Assembly: GCA_044376115.1 (NCBI GenBank)
Contig: JBILLK010000013.1
Span: 128,001-192,000, forward strand
Length of the DNA stretch: 64,000 bases
Direction: 5' to 3'
DNA from: Polyangiaceae bacterium
Lineage (GTDB): Bacteria; Myxococcota_A; Polyangia; Polyangiales; Polyangiaceae
Part shown: in pieces, positions 59,271 through 64,000 of the stretch
Numbering within the stretch: the first letter of the stretch is position 1
Layout of the letters: each line of letters starts with the position of its first letter
Position numbers and translations under genes: made by a program
Notes under the pieces: model-generated
Told to the model about the DNA's origin: nothing
The model's database searches: none
The model's input: only the letters and a program-made list of their open reading frames with translations

Positions 59271-61649
59271 CTAGCGGCGTTCGCGCAGCACGCTGAGGCC
59301 GCGCGGGCCATCCACACAGATGCGAAGGCCGGGGAATTTTGGCAAATAGGCGAGCGGCGGTGGCTCTTTGCGACCGCCCTTCGTCACTCGCAAAATGACG
59401 GTGTTGGCGTCTAGATCGTAGTCCGCCTGATAGCGACAATCGCCAATATCGACGGTCATCGGGAAGTCGCGTTCAAGCAGCGAAGAAAGCTCGTACGGCA
59501 GCTCTGGCGGGAGCAGGTCCTTGGCCGAAAGCAGCGCGAGATCCTCGCCGCTCTCCACCCCGAGCTCGAGCAGCCGAGCGAGCACCCAAGCCTCGAGCGA
59601 TAGAGCAGTAAAGCCCGCTGCTGTAGAGAACCCGGGGTGGTTACGCTTCGCCAGCTTGGCAGCGAGCGCATGCTGCGCGACGCGTTCGCGGCTGAGCGTG
59701 AGGGTCTGTTGCGCCTTGAAGAGACTCCCTCGTAGGAACAGCTCCGCGAGCGCTGCCCGGGCCAGTGCGCCCTGCGGCACTTCGTCGCGCGTAGCGATCA
59801 CCCGCTGGGCGTAAACCCTCTCAACCTTCGCCAACACCTTTCCACTCTCGAGCCGCACCGCCCCCAGCTGGTCCTGACCCAGCCCAGCCTTCACAACCAC
59901 CGAGAATGGCACCGCTGCAGCGCAGGTCACGAGCAGCCGCGTATCTTTGCCTGCACCAAAGGAGCGAGTCTCCAACACGACAATCGCCTCGAGCTCGCGC
60001 AAGCGTCGCAGCGCCGATTCTCGCGCAAGCCCTAGCTCGGTGCCGCCGTTGCTAAACGCCAGCTCCTGGCCGCGGCTCCGAACGATGTGCACCACCCGAG
60101 GATCGGCCGCGATCGCCGCCGAGAGGAGGGCGTCGCGGTCCAGCTCGGTGCGCGGCTCATCGACCATCAAGCCGAACTCGCGGCGCAAGCGGATGCGCGT
60201 CCGTTGAGCCTCCTCCCAGGCGCTGCGCAAAAGACCGTACACCTCGGGGCGCTCGGCGCGCACCGCTCGCACCAAGGCCGTAACATCACAGCCGGACCGC
60301 CGTAGCTCCTCCTCCGGCTCCTCAGCGCCGCTGCGAAAAAGCGGGCGGCCAGCAGCAAGCGCCGCCACAAGATCCAAAGCGTCCTCGAGACAGCCGAGTC
60401 GCTTGGCCTCGATCAAGAGGCGTGCGTGCGCCGCGTCGATCGGCAACGCATGCAGCGCAAGGCCGCGCTCATTGACCGAGCCGTCCGCGGCCAGCGCGCC
60501 CCAAAGCGCTAGTTCGGCGCGTGCATCCGCTAATGCATAATCTTTGGCAGGGTCCAAGAGCGGGAGTTGCTCGGGCTTTTCACCCCAGACCGCGGCCGAG
60601 AGTACGAGCGGCACCAACGACTCACGGTGAATCTCCGGCAGGGTGAGCTTGGCTAAGGCGGCAGCAGGACTCCAAAGCCTGTAGCTCACGCCGGCGGAAG
60701 TACGCCCTGCGCGACCGCTGCGTTGTGCAGCCGAGTCCAAAGCGATAGGCGCTAACATCAAGGAAGCTCGCCCATCGCGATAGCGGGTCTGCTTGACCAG
60801 CCCAGAGTCAATCACCACACCCACGCCTGGAATGGTGATTGACGTCTCCGCGACGTTGGTCGCCAGGATCACCTTGCGCCGCGAGGTAGCGACAAACGCC
60901 GAGCGCTGCTCCTCGAGCGTGAGGCCGCCATGTAGCGGCATGAGCGAATAACGATTCCTGGCTTGGAGCAGCCGAAAACAAGCGTCGATCTCCGGCTTAC
61001 CCGGCAAAAATACCAGCACGTCGCCTGGGTCGTCTTGGCTTCGTTCGAGCGCAACCAACACCCGCTCCGCGAGCTCCGCCGACTCCGGCAGCAAGCTGCG
61101 CGTTGGTAGATAGTGGGTTACCACCGGGAAGGTGCGCCCCTCGGCTACTAGGTATTGCCCATGCAGATGACTCGCCACGCGCTCGCCGTCCAAGGTCGCG
61201 GACATCACCATAAGCTTGGGTGCCTGATCGGGTGCGGCGCGCCGCCGCTTAAGTAGCAATCCGAGCAGCAGGTCCGACTCGATGCCGCGCTCATGAAATT
61301 CATCGAGCACGACCGTGCCGGCCGACTCGAGCAGCGCCGCGTTGCGCAGCGCGATCCCCGGCGTGGCGAACACGATGCGCGTAGCCGCGGAATAGCGCGA
61401 GTCATCACGGACGGCGTAGCCAACGCCCTGCCCAAGCGGCGTCTGCTCGAGCTCGGCCACTCGCGCGGCCAGGCCTTGACACGCGATTCGGCGCGGCTCG
61501 ATTACCAACACGCGGCCGGGGCACCAACGCGGCACCTCGGTCGACTTGCCCGAACCGGTCGGCGATGAGACCACGACCGGGCCGAGCGCGAGCGCTGCCA
61601 AAAGCGACTCGCGAATAGCGGCGACGGGGAGCTCGTGCGATGCCGTCAT
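59271..61649 (-). CDS. HrpB-like DEAH-box ATP-dependent RNA helicase
   Basis: PTGSGKST, EPRRIA, DEFHER, MSATL, ATNVAETSITI, QRSGRAGR. Confidence 0.92.
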   Translation of the reverse strand: MTASHELPVAAIRESLLAALALGPVVVSSPTGSGKSTEVPRWCPGRVLVIEPRRIACQGLAARVAELEQTPLGQGVGYAVRDDSRYSAATRIVFATPGIALRNAALLESAGTVVLDEFHERGIESDLLLGLLLKRRRAAPDQAPKLMVMSATLDGERVASHLHGQYLVAEGRTFPVVTHYLPTRSLLPESAELAERVLVALERSQDDPGDVLVFLPGKPEIDACFRLLQARNRYSLMPLHGGLTLEEQRSAFVATSRRKVILATNVAETSITIPGVGVVIDSGLVKQTRYRDGRASLMLAPIALDSAAQRSGRAGRTSAGVSYRLWSPAAALAKLTLPEIHRESLVPLVLSAAVWGEKPEQLPLLDPAKDYALADARAELALWGALAADGSVNERGLALHALPIDAAHARLLIEAKRLGCLEDALDLVAALAAGRPLFRSGAEEPEEELRRSGCDVTALVRAVRAERPEVYGLLRSAWEEAQRTRIRLRREFGLMVDEPRTELDRDALLSAAIAADPRVVHIVRSRGQELAFSNGGTELGLARESALRRLRELEAIVVLETRSFGAGKDTRLLVTCAAAVPFSVVVKAGLGQDQLGAVRLESGKVLAKVERVYAQRVIATRDEVPQGALARAALAELFLRGSLFKAQQTLTLSRERVAQHALAAKLAKRNHPGFSTAAGFTALSLEAWVLARLLELGVESGEDLALLSAKDLLPPELPYELSSLLERDFPMTVDIGDCRYQADYDLDANTVILRVTKGGRKEPPPLAYLPKFPGLRICVDGPRGLSVLRERR

Positions 61650-61765
61650 CCGGCCCGATCGGTACGCCTGCACAACACGCTGGCACTGTCGCAGTCGGCC
61701 TCCACCGCTGCAAGCCCGTTGGTGCTTCGCCCTTGGCCCGAGTCATTCGGCTAGACTCGGGCGCC

Positions 61766-62695
61766 ATGAGCGACACGCTTCCGGTGGTAGATTTTCGCGA
61801 GCTTGCGGCAGGAGAGAGCGGGTTTCGGTCGTTTGCGCAGAGCTTTGGAGACAGTCTCTTTCACTACGGCTTCGGCGTCGTGGCCGAGCACCCCCTGAGC
61901 GCCGCGCGCATTGAAAGCGCGTTCGAGCGTTGTCGCGAGCTTTTCGCTTTGCCCGAACAGACAAAGCTTGGTTACGTCGTGCCGGAGAGTCACGGCAATC
62001 GCGGCTACGTACCCTTCGGTGGCGAGCGAGCTCTAGGCGCCCAAGCCGCCGACCTGAAGGAGTTCTTCCACGTAGGCCAGGAAGAGCGCCCAGAAGGGAG
62101 CCCGCTCTTACCGAACGTCTGGCCGGGGGAGGTCCAAGGCTTCCGTGACGAGCTTTTATCGCTGTATCGCTCCTTCGAGCAGGTCGCCCAGCAGCTCTTG
62201 CGGGCCATCGCGCTGTACTTGGATATGCCCGAGGAGACCTTCGCCTCGATGGTCGTCGGCGGGGATAGCATATTACGCCTGATTCACTATCCACCCGTAG
62301 GGGCGGACGCGGCGCCCGGAGCCGTGCGGGCCGGTGCACATGAGGACATCAACCTGATCACCCTGCTCGCCGAGGGCACCACCGGCGGGCTCGAGTTGCA
62401 GCGCAAAGACGGCTCGTGGATGCCGGTGCGCTCGCTGCGCGGTCAGCTGGTGATCAACGCCGGGGATATGTTGCAACGAGCCACGCACGGCCGGATCCGC
62501 TCGACCACCCACCGGGTGACCAACCCGAGCGGTCCCAATCAATCGCGCTATTCCCTCCCCTTCTTCACCCACCCGCGGCCGGAGGTGATGCTGGTGCCGA
62601 TGCAGCCCCCGGCCAGCTGGGAAGGGCCAGCGCTACCAGCGGTCAGCGCCGGCGACTTCCTGAAGGAGCGACTGGCCAAGATCAAAGCCGGCTGA
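61766..62695 (+). CDS. Isopenicillin N synthase-family 2OG-Fe(II) oxygenase
   Basis: RGY, DLKE, LRLIHYP, HED, H in STTHRV, RYS. Confidence 0.92.
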   Translation: MSDTLPVVDFRELAAGESGFRSFAQSFGDSLFHYGFGVVAEHPLSAARIESAFERCRELFALPEQTKLGYVVPESHGNRGYVPFGGERALGAQAADLKEFFHVGQEERPEGSPLLPNVWPGEVQGFRDELLSLYRSFEQVAQQLLRAIALYLDMPEETFASMVVGGDSILRLIHYPPVGADAAPGAVRAGAHEDINLITLLAEGTTGGLELQRKDGSWMPVRSLRGQLVINAGDMLQRATHGRIRSTTHRVTNPSGPNQSRYSLPFFTHPRPEVMLVPMQPPASWEGPALPAVSAGDFLKERLAKIKAG

Positions 62696-62711
62696 CGTAG
62701 CGACGACGTGG

Positions 62712-63497
62712 CTACGGAAAGATGACGAAGCCCACCGCCGAGATGATCAGGTTGAGGATGATGACGGCGAGCGACGAGTTGACGACGGCGCTCGTCGTGG
62801 CCCAGCCAACACCCTCAGAGCCGCCGTGGGTGGTGAGCCCGGAGTGCGCCGATACGACTGGGATGGCGGCTCCGTAGGCGATGCACTTGGTGAGGCCGAC
62901 CGTGAGGTCTCCGGCGTCCACCATCTGCAGGTTGAAGAAGGTCTGCGGCTTGAGGTCGAACATGGCGTAGCCAGTGAGCAGGCCGGCCAACATGGCCACC
63001 CCCGCCGACCACACGATCAGGATCAGCGTCATCACCACGCTGGCGATGAAGCGCGGCTTGACCAGAAAGTCGATCGGGTCGGCGGCGCTCATCTTGAGCG
63101 CGTCCACTTGCTCGGTCACGACCATCGAGCCAACCTCGGCGGCGATGCCGGCCCCCACGCGCGTTGCCAGCATCAACGAGCCGATCGAAGCCGCAAGGTC
63201 CCGCACGAGCAGCTCGAGGAAGGTCGCCCCCAACATCGAAAGATCAGGCAACACGCGCAGCGTCTGAATACCGGCTTGGTAGACCAGGATCATGCCGATG
63301 AAGCCCATCACCACGGTGAGGAAGAACAGGCTCTTGTTGCCGATCTCGTACATCTGCTTGGCCACCGCGCCCGGATCGGTGCGGCCGAAGGCGCAGTAGT
63401 AGAGAACACGGACGAAGATCGAATAGAGCTCGCGACCCGTGCGGAATAAGCCGAGCGCCCCGGCGCCGATGTTTGCGACGAAACCTCGTTTCTTCAT
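62712..63497 (-). CDS. mlaE: MlaE-family ABC transporter permease
   Basis: RVGAGIAAEVGSMVVTEQVDAL, GGSEGVG.ATT.AVV. Confidence 0.9.
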   Translation of the reverse strand: MKKRGFVANIGAGALGLFRTGRELYSIFVRVLYYCAFGRTDPGAVAKQMYEIGNKSLFFLTVVMGFIGMILVYQAGIQTLRVLPDLSMLGATFLELLVRDLAASIGSLMLATRVGAGIAAEVGSMVVTEQVDALKMSAADPIDFLVKPRFIASVVMTLILIVWSAGVAMLAGLLTGYAMFDLKPQTFFNLQMVDAGDLTVGLTKCIAYGAAIPVVSAHSGLTTHGGSEGVGWATTSAVVNSSLAVIILNLIISAVGFVIFP

Positions 63498-64000
63498 GGC
63501 AAGGTGAAAGAGACGAAGTAGTCGAGGATGAAGATGCCGGTCGCCGAGGCCACGACGGTAGCGTTGACGGCGCGACCGACGCCGGGTGCACCGCCGGTCA
63601 CGCTAAGGCCGAACTGGCAGCTCGCGAGGGCCATCACGATGCCGAACACGATGCTCTTGACGAGACCGTTGACCACGTCCGAGATGCCCAAGAGACCGCT
63701 GGTCAGGCCGTTGTAAAAGAGGCCGGGCTCAACGCCGAGCAGCCCCCAGCCCGCATACGCTGCGCCGATCAGCGCAAGTACGTCGGCGAAGACGGTGGCA
63801 AAGAACAGCGTCACCACGATCGCCACGGTTCGCGGAGCGACGAGAAAGCCGATCGGATCGATCGCGAGCACGCGCAAGGCGTCGATCTGCTCCGTCACGA
63901 CCATGGTGCCGAGCTCGGCCGTGTTGTTGGCGCCGACGCGACCGTTGATCATCAGCGCCGTGAGCAGCGGGGCGATCTCACGCAGCGTGCCGAAGCCTGC
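63494..64000 (-). CDS. mlaE: MlaE-family ABC transporter permease (partial, starts beyond right edge)
   Basis: LREIAPLLTAL, GRVGA..TAELGTMVVTEQIDAL, GGAPGVGRAV. Confidence 0.9.
   Translation of the reverse strand, partial: AGFGTLREIAPLLTALMINGRVGANNTAELGTMVVTEQIDALRVLAIDPIGFLVAPRTVAIVVTLFFATVFADVLALIGAAYAGWGLLGVEPGLFYNGLTSGLLGISDVVNGLVKSIVFGIVMALASCQFGLSVTGGAPGVGRAVNATVVASATGIFILDYFVSFTLP

Overview
High-GC window with a myxobacterial gene repertoire (Myxococcota, probably Polyangiaceae-like; inferred from gene content: Ser/Thr kinase-PEGA-lipoprotein triad, Cys-rich repeat/MYXO-CTERM proteins, AgmU/GltD-like TPR protein, many lipoproteins). About 1-47 kb is an accessory patchwork of short genes, lipoproteins and regulators, with an orphan T6SS spike module (vgrG-DUF2169/pentapeptide-pentapeptide-DUF3540-PAAR-like) and two further tandem vgrG genes. 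About 47-64 kb is mostly housekeeping-like (NDP-sugar nucleotidyltransferase, gyrA, aldose epimerase, TerC, HrpB-like helicase, 2OG oxygenase, mlaE x2). No rRNA, tRNA, CRISPR array, transposase or integrase was recognised. Main observations: (1) a PAL-like amidating-lyase beta-propeller apparently split into two translationally coupled lipoproteins that share the catalytic residues between them; (2) three different families of short palindromic repeats, each at two sites, which bracket small gene blocks, supply stop codons, and in one case abut a duplicated gene fragment; (3) several abrupt junctions leaving 5'-truncated genes (real deletions or misassembly); (4) frequent TAnnnT boxes 6-10 nt before start codons, suggesting leaderless transcripts. 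All family calls are by-eye motif recognition; no searches were run.
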